Source of the DNA: Nitrosopumilaceae archaeon
GTDB taxonomy: Archaea > Thermoproteota > Nitrososphaeria > Nitrososphaerales > Nitrosopumilaceae
Length of the DNA: 64,000 nucleotides
Assembly: GCA_965207375.1 (NCBI GenBank)
Contig: OZ242274.1
Span: forward strand, 192,001 to 256,000
Direction of reading: 5' to 3'
In this document: piece after piece, positions 18,631 to 29,126 of the stretch
How the letters are laid out: every line of letters begins with the position of its first letter
How positions within the stretch are numbered: the stretch's first letter is position 1
Translations under genes and position numbers: made by a program
The notes under the pieces: generated by a model
Told to the model about the DNA's origin: nothing
Databases searched by the model: none
The model's input: the letters and a program-made list of their open reading frames with translations, nothing else

Positions 18631-19815
18631 TCATCTCAAACTCTCCGTAATTGCATCTTCCTTTTCCCGTACAAACTCTGCTGCCTGTGCAATGTCTGCA
18701 ACTGCAGTGTCAATGTCTTGTGGAGCAGTGTATCTTCCAAGAGATATTCTAATGGATTCGTCTGCTGCTGTTCTGTCTAGACCCATTGCTGTTAGAACAT
18801 GTGAGGGCTCCATGGTATTAGACGTACATGCACTTCCAGAAGATATCTCAATGTCTTTCGTATTAACTAGTACGGCATCTGCCTGTGCACCATGTATTCG
18901 TATATTTGATGTGTTAGGTAACCGCTCTGCTGTATCTCCATTCACTGTAACATTTGGAATTACATTCTTTATCTTTGACTCAAAATTATCTCGTAAAACA
19001 AGCATTTTTACTGATTCTTCTGGCATCTTTTTGTACGATACTGCACAGGCTACACCAAATCCTATGATTCCTGGCACATTTTGTGTTCCGCTACGCAAGC
19101 CGTTTTCCTGACCTCCGCCATAAATCAGCGGAGTGAGGTTTTTGCGCATATGACGTGATGCAACAAGTGCGCCTACTCCCTTGGGACCATACATCTTGTG
19201 ACTGCTCAGTGTAGCAATATCTATTCCAAGATCATGAATATCTACTGGAATCTTGCCTGCAGCCTGCGTAATGTCGCTGTGTAGTATGGCACCTGCATCA
19301 TGAACAATTTTGGAGATCTCCTTGATTGGGTTTATCACGCCTGTCTCACTGTTTGCAAGCATTACTGAAACTAAATCAGTCTCATATTCTAGTGCCGTGT
19401 TTAATTCGTCAAAATTGATTGTACCATTAGGATTTACCGGAACAGGTAATGTCTCTAATCCAAATCGTCCCATGTGTATGCATGGTTCTATTACTGACTT
19501 GTGTTCTGTGGTCCCATACAAGACTCTATGATTATTTTCAAGATCTAATCCAAGTGATGATATTATCATATTGTTGGCCTCTGTAGCCCCTGATGTGAAA
19601 ATAACATCACCTGAATTTGCGCCAATCAAAATGGCTACATTCTCTCGTGCATCATCTATCATATCTGTGGCAAACATTCCTGATTCATGTGGACTAGAAG
19701 GATTTGCAAAGTCTTTATCAAAGGCAGACATCATAGAATCAATTACTGTTTTGTCTACTGGGGTTGTGGCGTTGTAATCAAGATATACCATGAGTATATT
19801 CGGAGAAGATTCCAT
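18631..19815 (-). CDS. iscS: cysteine desulfurase (IscS/DndA/SspA type)
   Basis: YLDYNATTP, FTSGATEANN, SSHKMYGPKGVG (PLP lysine), RSGT, SSGSACTS. Confidence 0.92.
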   Translation of the reverse strand: MESSPNILMVYLDYNATTPVDKTVIDSMMSAFDKDFANPSSPHESGMFATDMIDDARENVAILIGANSGDVIFTSGATEANNMIISSLGLDLENNHRVLYGTTEHKSVIEPCIHMGRFGLETLPVPVNPNGTINFDELNTALEYETDLVSVMLANSETGVINPIKEISKIVHDAGAILHSDITQAAGKIPVDIHDLGIDIATLSSHKMYGPKGVGALVASRHMRKNLTPLIYGGGQENGLRSGTQNVPGIIGFGVACAVSYKKMPEESVKMLVLRDNFESKIKNVIPNVTVNGDTAERLPNTSNIRIHGAQADAVLVNTKDIEISSGSACTSNTMEPSHVLTAMGLDRTAADESIRISLGRYTAPQDIDTAVADIAQAAEFVREKEDAITESLR

Positions 19816-20126
19816 TAAAGCATTTACTACATGTTAAAAGTTGACAACGATCAGATATTGTATCTAGCTTGGGTTTTTCTAAATTAACTGCTGGTGGTAG
19901 AGATCAAATATCTGAGTTGCACCTGTCTAGTTTACAACAGGTGCAGACAAATCAATTACAGTAAGCAGAGTATCAAATTTTACCAACATTTAATGCAGAA
20001 GAACCAAACAAACAATGATTTAATATATGAGAATAATGTTTTATTATTTGCACGTAATCGAATCCTGCGGGCCAACATTGCGTTGGCGAACCGTGGGCTC
20101 ATGTGATTATTGTGCATTTGATTTAT

Positions 20127-20702
20127 TCATATGTTTTTCAATATGGTGGAAATTTTATTTCTAAGATCAAGTTGTATTACGCCATCTGATTCGATGTTTT
20201 TATTGTTAGCCCATGCAACAATATCCGATATCATGTGAATCTTTCCTTTGTTAGTAAATGGTAAACTGACATCCTTGGCAAAATTTACACAATCACTATC
20301 ACATTCAAAAATAATATCAGATATTGTATAATCATATTTGCTTAGAAATTCTAAAATTGGATTTCGTAATTGTTTGAATAATGCCCGATTAAATAGATAA
20401 TAAATTCGGCCTTTGGAAATATTTTTCTGTTTAGTTTTTCGTAATTGATTTATTTTGTTAACTATCACATATCTGTCTATTCTGATACAAAATGCAATAT
20501 TATTTTCACTATCAAACGACAATTTAGAAATAATCTGAGATTGTTTTTTCTTATTGAAATTGCTCATGTGAATATGATTATGGCCTAATTTTTTAAAAAT
20601 TGATGAAATACTTTCGTCGGTACCTATAACAATTGCTAAAAATTTGTCATTTCCAAATGTAGGATCTCCTGAGGAATCCATTGCAGCTACGAGTTTATTC
20701 AT
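20127..20702 (-). CDS. DUF3800-like RNase H-fold protein
   Basis: N-terminal MDSSGD and C-terminal ISDIVAWAN resemble the DUF3800 DESG...AD motifs. Confidence 0.5.
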   Translation of the reverse strand: MNKLVAAMDSSGDPTFGNDKFLAIVIGTDESISSIFKKLGHNHIHMSNFNKKKQSQIISKLSFDSENNIAFCIRIDRYVIVNKINQLRKTKQKNISKGRIYYLFNRALFKQLRNPILEFLSKYDYTISDIIFECDSDCVNFAKDVSLPFTNKGKIHMISDIVAWANNKNIESDGVIQLDLRNKISTILKNI

Positions 20703-20707
20703 GTTTT

Positions 20708-22222
20708 TTATTTTGCCATAGCACTCAGCATAGCAATTAAGGCCTCCGTATCCTTTTTTGTAAATCTTTTTGTTTTCACATCTTTGATTATTTTAGTTGC
20801 AACATCTTTGATCCTTTTCTCTTGTTCTGGTTTTACAGATATTATATTATGATACTCACTTCCATCTGCATGTGTTACAGTTACCTGATATGACGGTTTT
20901 GCAAAATTATCAGATACATCTGCAAAGTGCATAGATGCGAGTCGGTTGAATTTACCAGACATTTCTGCCAAATTATTCTCAAATAGTTCCAGCTGATCAT
21001 CATTCCATGACATCGGAGGCACATCAGTAAGGCTCAAAGCTACATAGCTTATCCAGTCTTCATCTCGGTCTATAGTATCTGCAGACACAGCAGTTAGAAA
21101 CACCTTCATTTTATGATCAGTTACACCTTGCAACATAGTTGATGCTGTCTTGGAGAGTTTTTCTCTATCCTCAATTCCGGTAACATCAAACAATGTTTTT
21201 TTCATATTGTACAGCATATCAGAGAATGTATTTTGCAGTGTTACCTTGGATTTTGTGAGGGTTTTTGAAAACTTTGCAATCTCTGATTCAGACATCTTTG
21301 AGCCAAATGCAAGTACCTTTGGAAGCGACTCAAACAGTAATGTGTCAGGTTCTGTTGCTGCAAGAACTGCTTCACGCACGGCAATAGCATTTTTGTCTAG
21401 CTTTTTTGTCTGCTTTGCATATGGTACCAAAGCAGAAACAGTTCGAACTAAATGAGATACTACATCTAACACACTGCCTTTTGAATTTATATCAAAATCT
21501 TTGATTACTGTGCCAAGTAACTGCTTTTTTGAAACAGTACTTTTGAAATATTTTAGCTCAAAATGTGCAGGATTTTTTATCATTCGCTCAACTGTCTCTA
21601 TTGCAAGCTTTGGAGAATATGTCCCATGCTCATACAGTGCAATGTTATTTTTGTATATCAGCAAAATTGTGACAATTATAATATCAATTACTCCTGTCTT
21701 CACGCCGTATGGTGGCATCTTGCACATCTGGTGTATCAAATACAATGGTACACGTTTTTTGGAGTTTTTTAACATGGCCAATATGTTTTCCCAAACAGGA
21801 TACAACGTGTTATCCTTTTTGGGTGGTAATAGATTCCATTCAAGATTTGAATTTACAATATGAATTTTATTTTTTATGAAAATTGCCTCGTATACTGCAC
21901 GCTCTGGTCCATACCCCTGTATTCCAAAACGTACCTTGTTAGTATTAGATATCATTTCTTCTAGTAATTTTCGCTTTGCAGCAGAACCCTGTGTTGATAG
22001 AACTGTACGGTTTATCATCTCGTTGTGTATCATTGGTGTTTTCAGATATACCTCATCACTTACTATAGACGCAATAGTGCTAGGTGTTCCTTCTAGTTTT
22101 TTATTATTATATGACCACTTTGCAGAATCGCCATACGTTTTTCCATCACATAGTATTGAATTTCCTATGACAATTGTTCCCCAAGGTCTGATTTGTACAA
22201 TATCGTTTATGTTTAGAGTCAT
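20708..22222 (-). CDS. C-terminal half of an SspC-like ATPase (no P-loop)
   Basis: NEMINR..LSTQGSAAKRKLLEEM...FGIQGYGPERAVY and PPYGVK.G resemble the large ATPase of DUF4007/PAPS-reductase (Ssp) loci; no Walker A present. Confidence 0.55.
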   Translation of the reverse strand: MTLNINDIVQIRPWGTIVIGNSILCDGKTYGDSAKWSYNNKKLEGTPSTIASIVSDEVYLKTPMIHNEMINRTVLSTQGSAAKRKLLEEMISNTNKVRFGIQGYGPERAVYEAIFIKNKIHIVNSNLEWNLLPPKKDNTLYPVWENILAMLKNSKKRVPLYLIHQMCKMPPYGVKTGVIDIIIVTILLIYKNNIALYEHGTYSPKLAIETVERMIKNPAHFELKYFKSTVSKKQLLGTVIKDFDINSKGSVLDVVSHLVRTVSALVPYAKQTKKLDKNAIAVREAVLAATEPDTLLFESLPKVLAFGSKMSESEIAKFSKTLTKSKVTLQNTFSDMLYNMKKTLFDVTGIEDREKLSKTASTMLQGVTDHKMKVFLTAVSADTIDRDEDWISYVALSLTDVPPMSWNDDQLELFENNLAEMSGKFNRLASMHFADVSDNFAKPSYQVTVTHADGSEYHNIISVKPEQEKRIKDVATKIIKDVKTKRFTKKDTEALIAMLSAMAK

Positions 22223-22235
22223 TTTACAGAATTGC

Positions 22236-22952
22236 TTATTTGATTATATATTCAGTTATTTTGTCATATTCCAATCCTAATGCTAAAATTTTTTGTTTGT
22301 ATTTTTTATATTCTGATTCCTTAAATACAATTCCTATGTTATTGCCCCTTTGATGAATTTTTTCAACATGTGTAATTCCAAGTCTGTCTCTTAGATTTTT
22401 TTCTAATATTCTCAAAGAATTTGTTTGTAGCAAGTATGCATCTTGTTCCAACTTTATTTGCATCTGTGGAGAAATAGAAATTACAACAAGATATTCATTT
22501 ATGATTTGTGGTCTCGCATTAGTTGTTTTTTGAATTACCTCTTTTAATGATATGTCATGTTTCTTATAAAACGATATTATGTGCAGTACGTCTTTTTCAG
22601 AAATACTTTGTTTTGAGGTCTCTGAAAACAGTAACATTTGATCCTCTTTTTTATCTAGAGTGGATATGTGACTTGCAGCAGAAAAACCAACGCCTAAATC
22701 ATTAGATTCTCCCCATGTTATAGCATCATGATATTTTTCTGGTAATTTCAAGAGGCGCGTAAAAGTGCTAATATTGCCTTTTGTCAGAGGCAAAATGTCA
22801 GGGATGACTTGTTCTCCTTCTTCACTTATTAATCTTTGAATTTGATGTGCAACTTCAATGGTAGATAAAACGCGTTTGAGATTGGTATTTGCAATTTTAA
22901 TACTAGATAATAATTTTGCATATTCTTTATTATCGGTAATTAATCGCGACAA
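22236..22952 (-). CDS. ParB C-terminal-like helical protein
   Basis: LSTIEVAHQI...FTRLLKLPE...GFSAASHI resembles the ParB HTH region; starts 1 bp after the upstream parB-like gene ends. Confidence 0.55.
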   Translation of the reverse strand: MSRLITDNKEYAKLLSSIKIANTNLKRVLSTIEVAHQIQRLISEEGEQVIPDILPLTKGNISTFTRLLKLPEKYHDAITWGESNDLGVGFSAASHISTLDKKEDQMLLFSETSKQSISEKDVLHIISFYKKHDISLKEVIQKTTNARPQIINEYLVVISISPQMQIKLEQDAYLLQTNSLRILEKNLRDRLGITHVEKIHQRGNNIGIVFKESEYKKYKQKILALGLEYDKITEYIIK

Positions 22953-22953
22953 T

Positions 22954-23745
22954 TTAATCTCCTGACTCTCTCAAGCCGTCTAGGATTAAATTTACAGCAG
23001 CAGAAGATCTAGTTTCTTCATTATTTTTTGCGTATTTGTCTAGTCTTTCCATATCTGATGATTGTAAATCTATAGTGAGTTGTTGGCTAGTATTTACTAT
23101 TCCATCCTTTAACAATTCGTCATTTGTTGCATTAGGATTGTTCTCTCCATATTGTTGTATATTGTCGATCTGTTTGTATGTCAAGTTATTTTGATGGATT
23201 TGTTTTGCAAGATCCAAAATATCATTTCCATTATCTTCTGATGTTGCACCTTTTACAAACATCTTGGCATCAGTTGCCCTCATTGCAAGCTCTATTGGTA
23301 TTTCACCACGTTCTACTGCTTCTCGTACAACATCTGGAGTACGTGGTAATTTAATACATGCCTTTACCTCTTTGTGTGAAATTCCTAACTCTGTTGCGAT
23401 CTCTTTTTGGCTATATTTTTGAGAATGCATGTTAACCACATGTCTTATTTTGTCTTTGTTTTGCATCTTTTGCCTTGCTTCGTTTTCAAGCCAAGAAATT
23501 GTTGTTGCTATCATGTTATCTTTAGGTTTTTCAATAATTATAGCAAGAATTTCATTCCATTGTAATATATTTTTGTATGCTAGATATCTTCTTTGTCCAA
23601 CAATTAATTCATAATCGTTTCCATCTGAATATACTACAATAGGTTGAATTAAACCAACTTTACGTATCTGTTCTGCAAAACGTTCTAGACCTTTTGTTAC
23701 TTGAAATTGCCTTGCTTGAATACTTCCCATCTTGATTTTATCCAC
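22954..23745 (-). CDS. ParB/Srx-domain protein
   Basis: GLIQPIVV...YELIVGQRRYLA, ENEAR, then an HTH; probable native start ATG 23792 lies across an A7 frameshift. Confidence 0.85.
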   Translation of the reverse strand: MDKIKMGSIQARQFQVTKGLERFAEQIRKVGLIQPIVVYSDGNDYELIVGQRRYLAYKNILQWNEILAIIIEKPKDNMIATTISWLENEARQKMQNKDKIRHVVNMHSQKYSQKEIATELGISHKEVKACIKLPRTPDVVREAVERGEIPIELAMRATDAKMFVKGATSEDNGNDILDLAKQIHQNNLTYKQIDNIQQYGENNPNATNDELLKDGIVNTSQQLTIDLQSSDMERLDKYAKNNEETRSSAAVNLILDGLRESGD

Positions 23746-23839
23746 TGGTATTTTTTTGTTTCAATAACTTTGATTATTACATCTTCAGGCATATAGTGTC
23801 ATGTAATACACACCAACATAATTAATTTATCTCTCAATT

Positions 23840-23911
23840 GATTCTTCTGCTTTATCTGTTGGTCAAAGTCAATATGCAAATTTTCTCCGAATTGCCTGTG
23901 CCTAAAATTTC
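23840..23911. repeat. 72-bp inverted repeat, right arm, cut by IS66
   Basis: 68/72 match to the reverse complement of 17809-17880; ends exactly at the IS66 terminus. Confidence 0.85.
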
Positions 23912-25605
23912 GTAACAGATCGACCTTCTGAAGTTACTCTGGTTTTTAGATGATCCATGAAACTGCATGCAAAACCCTAGTGCAGTTTACGACAATGAAC
24001 CGGCACAGAACATATCCAGACTATAGAAATGATCATACAGCATCAAATTTTGTGTATTATACACTGTACATTTGATTATATCATGCAGCAACTGTGACTT
24101 TTGGCATGGGGATTTCTTTGATATTGCCACGCAGATACTCCTTGACGAAATGATACGGATTTACATCGCGCCTTTCACATGTGGCAAATATGCTTTGACG
24201 TATCTCTGTGGTTTTGAGGCCTTTCTCTGAGCGACTACCGTAGAATACTTTTCGCATTATGGCAAATATGCGCATTGCCTGCTCGCTTGCGTTGTTGTGG
24301 TACGGCACGCCATCATATTTTAGAAATGTCAGCAAAGAGTTACCCTCACGCTTTAGTCGCTTTACATATATGAGACAATCTTCATCCTCATATGTTCCTG
24401 TAGCAAGTGCATTGATTCTTTTTTGCAGTTTGGTTATACTGCCCTTTGCAATGTCCTGTACTGTGTCATGTTTTTTGCCAAGCTTTATTGCAGATTTTAG
24501 TATCTTGTATAGTTCATCAAAGAAGCTCTGAAATTCTTTTTTGTCATTTTTTTCAAGCGTTCTGTACATGTCCCTGAAATAGTGTAGCAGGCATTTTTGA
24601 AGTATGTCTGCAACACTCCATCCAGGATGAGAGTCACCCATTAGTATGCCCTCAAAATCCTTTAGAAACGTCTCAGATACCATTTTGCTTCTAGATTGTG
24701 AGATGTGATATACTACCGTGTATATCGAATGAAACACCCATGCCCAGCATAGTTTGCCGTTTAGATACCATCCTGTTTCATCACCTCCTACGATTTTTGC
24801 CTTGGTAATCTCATCAAGAAGCGAATAGTAGAGCGGTTCTAGGCATTTTGAGGCTTGCGCATCAAGTCTTTCTAGTGTAGAGATTGCCATATTTTTGCCG
24901 TAAAACATCTGCAAGAGTTTCTGTATTTTGCCATACGATATAGTCAGGTGTCTCATTGTAGAAATTCTTGCCATTATAGTGATGCTAAATTTTTCATTGG
25001 ACAAAAAGTCAACAGGTTTTGCATATTGCATTTGTGCACATTTTTTGCAGTATCTGCCTACAATGGTCATATTGACGTTAGACCATTTGCCGTCTATTAT
25101 TGATTCACCGTTTCTGGTGTATTTGCTTGATGAATCTGCAAGAGCATTACCACATTGTGGACAAAACTTGTGATCTATGGTTAGATTGTTAGTCTCAGAT
25201 TCTTGCTGTGTATATTTTGGCTGTGTCTTTTGTTTTTTGATCTTTGGGTATCCCTTGTACTCTCTGGTGTTATAGCTACTGACATGACTGGATCTTGTTT
25301 TTTTCTTTTGCAGCTTTGCTATGAGTTTTTTTAGTTGAACCATTTCTTCTTTTAGCTGTTTATTTTCTGCAATCACTTGTTCACTTTTTACATCTTTTAG
25401 ATGATTGTCTTTTTGTAGATCTTTAATTTGTTTATCCATTTGATCAAATTTTTCAGTAAGAACCTCGAAAAGCCTGTTGACATCGGGATTCTTCCAATCT
25501 ATTCCCTCAAGATCAAATCCTGGCAGCATATTTTATGCTGATAGTGGTGATCCTTATGCTTTACTGCCTGACTATATAAGGAACTTTAGAAAGTGGGAAT
25601 GTTAC
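23912..25605 (-). mobile_element. single-ORF IS66-family element A, 1694 bp
   Basis: Ends GTAACAGATCGACCTTCTGAAGTT and AACTTTAGAAAGTGGGAATGTTAC; no TSD. Confidence 0.85.
24081..25529 (-). CDS. IS66-family transposase
   Basis: Coiled coil, CPQCG...CKKC zinc finger, GDETGW, QKCLLHYFR, NNASEQAMR. Confidence 0.9.
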   Translation of the reverse strand: MLPGFDLEGIDWKNPDVNRLFEVLTEKFDQMDKQIKDLQKDNHLKDVKSEQVIAENKQLKEEMVQLKKLIAKLQKKKTRSSHVSSYNTREYKGYPKIKKQKTQPKYTQQESETNNLTIDHKFCPQCGNALADSSSKYTRNGESIIDGKWSNVNMTIVGRYCKKCAQMQYAKPVDFLSNEKFSITIMARISTMRHLTISYGKIQKLLQMFYGKNMAISTLERLDAQASKCLEPLYYSLLDEITKAKIVGGDETGWYLNGKLCWAWVFHSIYTVVYHISQSRSKMVSETFLKDFEGILMGDSHPGWSVADILQKCLLHYFRDMYRTLEKNDKKEFQSFFDELYKILKSAIKLGKKHDTVQDIAKGSITKLQKRINALATGTYEDEDCLIYVKRLKREGNSLLTFLKYDGVPYHNNASEQAMRIFAIMRKVFYGSRSEKGLKTTEIRQSIFATCERRDVNPYHFVKEYLRGNIKEIPMPKVTVAA

Positions 25606-25713
25606 GAGAAATCTGGCTAGTGCAAACTTGTACGTATTATTCTTATGTGGAGTTTTTAATACCTCCATAAATTTGGCTTGAAATTCTGAATCATCTACAA
25701 GTCTGAACTTCAT
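25606..25713 (-). pseudogene. 5' stub of a probable HNH-endonuclease gene cut at the IS66 end
   Basis: MKFRLVDDSEFQAKFMEVLKTPHKNNTYKFALARFL runs directly into the IS terminus. Confidence 0.5.
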
Positions 25714-26075
25714 TGTATCATATCGATGTTATCTCTTTTTAAATTATTTTACTTTTGATGTGACATGTTCAAAAATATGACACCTTGCAAATACAATCTA
25801 AATTAGTCCAAAAAAATTTTTTTTGTGACAGCTGATCCTTTTGGATACCTATAATGGTTTTCAATCACAATACAAAGACAGCAATCATTGAAACAAATCT
25901 CTACAATGACATCCAAACATCTAGGGCATCTGATTGTACGTAGAGCTTGTCTGCAAAGTTTGGATCAAACACACATCCCTTACAGAAAACTTTAATCAAA
26001 AACCACATGTTTTGTATAATATTGAATATCAAAATACTGCTCAATAAGATAAAGTTGCGGGGTCCAAAGACAAGC

Positions 26076-26825
26076 ATGAATACAATAGAATCCCTCCTAG
26101 AATCAAGAGAAGAGTCATTTTTCCACTTGGCCCAATTTGTGACTTGCCGTGAAAGCTGGAATAATCCCAACATTCATGGCTGGTCGCCGTATTGTGCACT
26201 TAGTATACTAGCAAAGATGCATAGCTATGGCGCACTGCTTGCAATAAACACAGCCATGATTTACTATACAAAACATGCACATGATTGGATAATTATAGAT
26301 GCGCCTAACATATTGGCACACTTTGGACCAGATTTCATACGACCCATAACTGCACTTATGTGGCACACAGGTGCAGACATATTGATACGAACTCGTGCCG
26401 AGATTGCACTGCTTGTTATTGCTAAAAGCCATCCAGAAACCAAACATCAGATAGTCGAATCCATAAAGGCATGCGCAATGGCAGAATCTAACATCAAGAA
26501 CAGAGATCAAATCCTAGGTTACATGCTTTACATAGATGAGCCTGAAATGCACAAATATCTACATGAATTAATGGATGAGGGCCATGCAACAGACGACTGT
26601 TATAATCTGTATCATTTCAACGATGGCAGTGGTCATGACTTTAAGATACATTTGGAAAGAGCAAAGGATCCGTTACTGTTTTTTGAGGTTGGCAAGCATA
26701 TGCCTCCCAACAATCCCAAATCTACTGTATCTCTACAGGAAGGAACTAAGCGCAAGGTGGGTAGAAACGATCCATGTGCGTGTGGCTCTGGTATAAAATA
26801 CAAGAAATGCTGTCTACGCAATTAG
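26076..26825 (+). CDS. SEC-C motif protein (DUF1186-like, helical repeats)
   Basis: C-terminal KVGRNDPCACGSGIKYKKCC; ATG at 26076 preferred. Confidence 0.8.
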   Translation: MNTIESLLESREESFFHLAQFVTCRESWNNPNIHGWSPYCALSILAKMHSYGALLAINTAMIYYTKHAHDWIIIDAPNILAHFGPDFIRPITALMWHTGADILIRTRAEIALLVIAKSHPETKHQIVESIKACAMAESNIKNRDQILGYMLYIDEPEMHKYLHELMDEGHATDDCYNLYHFNDGSGHDFKIHLERAKDPLLFFEVGKHMPPNNPKSTVSLQEGTKRKVGRNDPCACGSGIKYKKCCLRN

Positions 26826-27049
26826 TTTCAGTGTGGTCTACTCCAAAATCATGGTGTTACCTCAGCATAATTCTGAGAGGTGATTCATAATTAGAAAACC
26901 ACGCCTAATAAGAGCAAAAATCCGTGCCTAGATCTAAATACGAATCATATTTCTGATACAAACACGTACTGTTATCAAAATGCAATCTCTTTTTTGTACA
27001 AGAACTACAAACACAAAATATAACAAGCTTATATTACAATCTTTTATTT

Positions 27050-27970
27050 ATGGCAAAAAATTCAAGATATATTATCGCCTTTGCAGCAAGTGACGGAAAT
27101 GTCTTGTGCACTAGTGTCCTAATGGACATTTACAGTGCAGAAGCCATCAGAGAGATACGCAGCATATTTGCTGAGAGAATGATGGCAGACTATGCATTAA
27201 TCTGGAGGTATGACGGTACTCCAATCACCAAAACCGAACAGACCAAAGTTGCAAAATGCATGCGCGAAGCTGTAACGCCTGGTTGGACTCTTAAATCTGA
27301 TACCAGTGTAATACGCGGAGGCAAATTCGGGAGAAAGTACGTTGATTCTGAATTATGCATGGTTGTACAGTGGAACGGACTGTTGCTACCTTACAAATAT
27401 TCTCACTGGAGCGACTTTATGTACCAGTGCCGTATAGATGCACAGCAAATGATACAATCCAACATGATAGGTCTAGAAAACATGAAAGACTTGTCGTCTT
27501 ATGATGCCCAAACTCAACGAGAGGCTGATCCTGGATACCTAACACAGGTAGAGGACCATGTAACCCGGAACGGCACAGCTACTGAGTCACAGCTTCCTTA
27601 CTTTGATGATAAAGTGATGCGTCAATGCACCAAGCTCATACAAAAAGGCAACAGCAGGGACATATTTGTGATCCTAGCAGATGCCTGTGACATACCACTT
27701 CCCAAGATTAGTACAGACATAGGCAAACATCCCCTAGCTTATGCGTTTTATGACACTACACAGCGTACCATAGTATATGCTCCAGAAACTGTTGTAAGCA
27801 TGGAGCAGGCAATATTGGGTGTCATGGCGGGGTTTTTCAGATACATGGCACAATACTATGGGTGGAGGTTCTATGATGACCCTACTAGCAGTCTGAATTA
27901 TGAGCTAGATATATCATCAGACTTTGCAACGTCGATTACAGACGCACTATTGTCTTCTATCAAAGGATGA
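27050..27970 (+). CDS. hypothetical protein
   Basis: 306-aa ORF; no recognised motif. Confidence 0.65.
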   Translation: MAKNSRYIIAFAASDGNVLCTSVLMDIYSAEAIREIRSIFAERMMADYALIWRYDGTPITKTEQTKVAKCMREAVTPGWTLKSDTSVIRGGKFGRKYVDSELCMVVQWNGLLLPYKYSHWSDFMYQCRIDAQQMIQSNMIGLENMKDLSSYDAQTQREADPGYLTQVEDHVTRNGTATESQLPYFDDKVMRQCTKLIQKGNSRDIFVILADACDIPLPKISTDIGKHPLAYAFYDTTQRTIVYAPETVVSMEQAILGVMAGFFRYMAQYYGWRFYDDPTSSLNYELDISSDFATSITDALLSSIKG

Positions 27971-28126
27971 TTCCTAGATATATCTGTACAATACGCGCAA
28001 TCTCTGTAAATCTGAGATATGGCTCTGATACATTGCAATATTTCTAGTGACCTCTGATACGCCTGCAAAGCCCGGCAAAAATTATAAATTTTCTTCCTTG
28101 TAGATTCTAAAATGTAGGTACAAACT

Positions 28127-29113
28127 ATGAACCAAGAAATCAACGAATTAACCGACACTGCAGCCAACTTTTCAAGCTCCCTACAAAAATTATCTGCAGA
28201 AATTAAAACTGTAATTGTAGGCCAGGACAAAATTGTTGAAAAATTACTTGTTGCCTTGCTATCACAAGGCCATGTCCTACTAGAGGGTGTTCCAGGACTT
28301 GCAAAAACCCTGTTAATTAGAACAGTATCTGGATGCATTGATTCAAAATTTGTAAGACTGCAATTTACCCCAGATCTACTTCCTGCCGATATTCTTGGAA
28401 CAAAAATCTATGATCATAATTCTTCTTCCTTTACTACAATCAAGGGCCCAATCTTTTCAAATTTCATACTAGCCGATGAGATAAACAGAGCTCCTCCAAA
28501 GGTTCAATCTGCACTACTTGAGGCAATGCAGGAACACCAAGTTAGCATTCAAGGTGATACACACATTTTACAAAAACCATTCTTTGTAATGGCCACTCAA
28601 AATCCAATAGAATCCGAAGGCACCTATAAACTGCCTGAAGCACAAATAGACAGATTCATGTTCAAACTCTTAATCTCATACCCTACCAAAAAACAAGAAT
28701 TCGAAATTATTCACAGGTTCACATCTGGCATGTCCCATAACACATCAAAAATTCTTTCAACATCTGACCTGTTACAAATGCAAAACTTTGTGCCAAAAAT
28801 TTATGCAGACGAAAAGATCCACTATTATATTGCAGATATTGTTGATGCGACGCGAAATCCTGCCTCCTATGACCTTGCAATATCAGACAAAATAGAGTTT
28901 GGTGCATCTCCTAGAGCATCAATATGGCTAACCATCGGGGCCAAGGCAAACGCCCTTTTGAATGGACGAGGATACGTAATACCACAAGATGTCCAAGATA
29001 CAGTACATGATGTTTTAAGACACAGAATCTTACTTACCTATGAGGCCGAATCCGAAGATATCACCTCTGACGATCTTCTTACGCAAATTCTTGACAAAAT
29101 AACGATTCCATAA
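28127..29113 (+). CDS. moxR: MoxR-family AAA+ ATPase
   Basis: GHVLLEGVPGLAKT, QFTPDLLPADI, ADEINRAPPKVQSALLEAM, ATQNPIE, GASPRA. Confidence 0.95.
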   Translation: MNQEINELTDTAANFSSSLQKLSAEIKTVIVGQDKIVEKLLVALLSQGHVLLEGVPGLAKTLLIRTVSGCIDSKFVRLQFTPDLLPADILGTKIYDHNSSSFTTIKGPIFSNFILADEINRAPPKVQSALLEAMQEHQVSIQGDTHILQKPFFVMATQNPIESEGTYKLPEAQIDRFMFKLLISYPTKKQEFEIIHRFTSGMSHNTSKILSTSDLLQMQNFVPKIYADEKIHYYIADIVDATRNPASYDLAISDKIEFGASPRASIWLTIGAKANALLNGRGYVIPQDVQDTVHDVLRHRILLTYEAESEDITSDDLLTQILDKITIP

Positions 29114-29126
29114 ATTCTGGTGATAC

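Noticed and set aside
19918-19945. Perfect 9-bp hairpin TGCACCTGT/ACAGGTGCA upstream of iscS
   Set aside because: Single occurrence with no supporting context; may be regulatory but cannot be supported.
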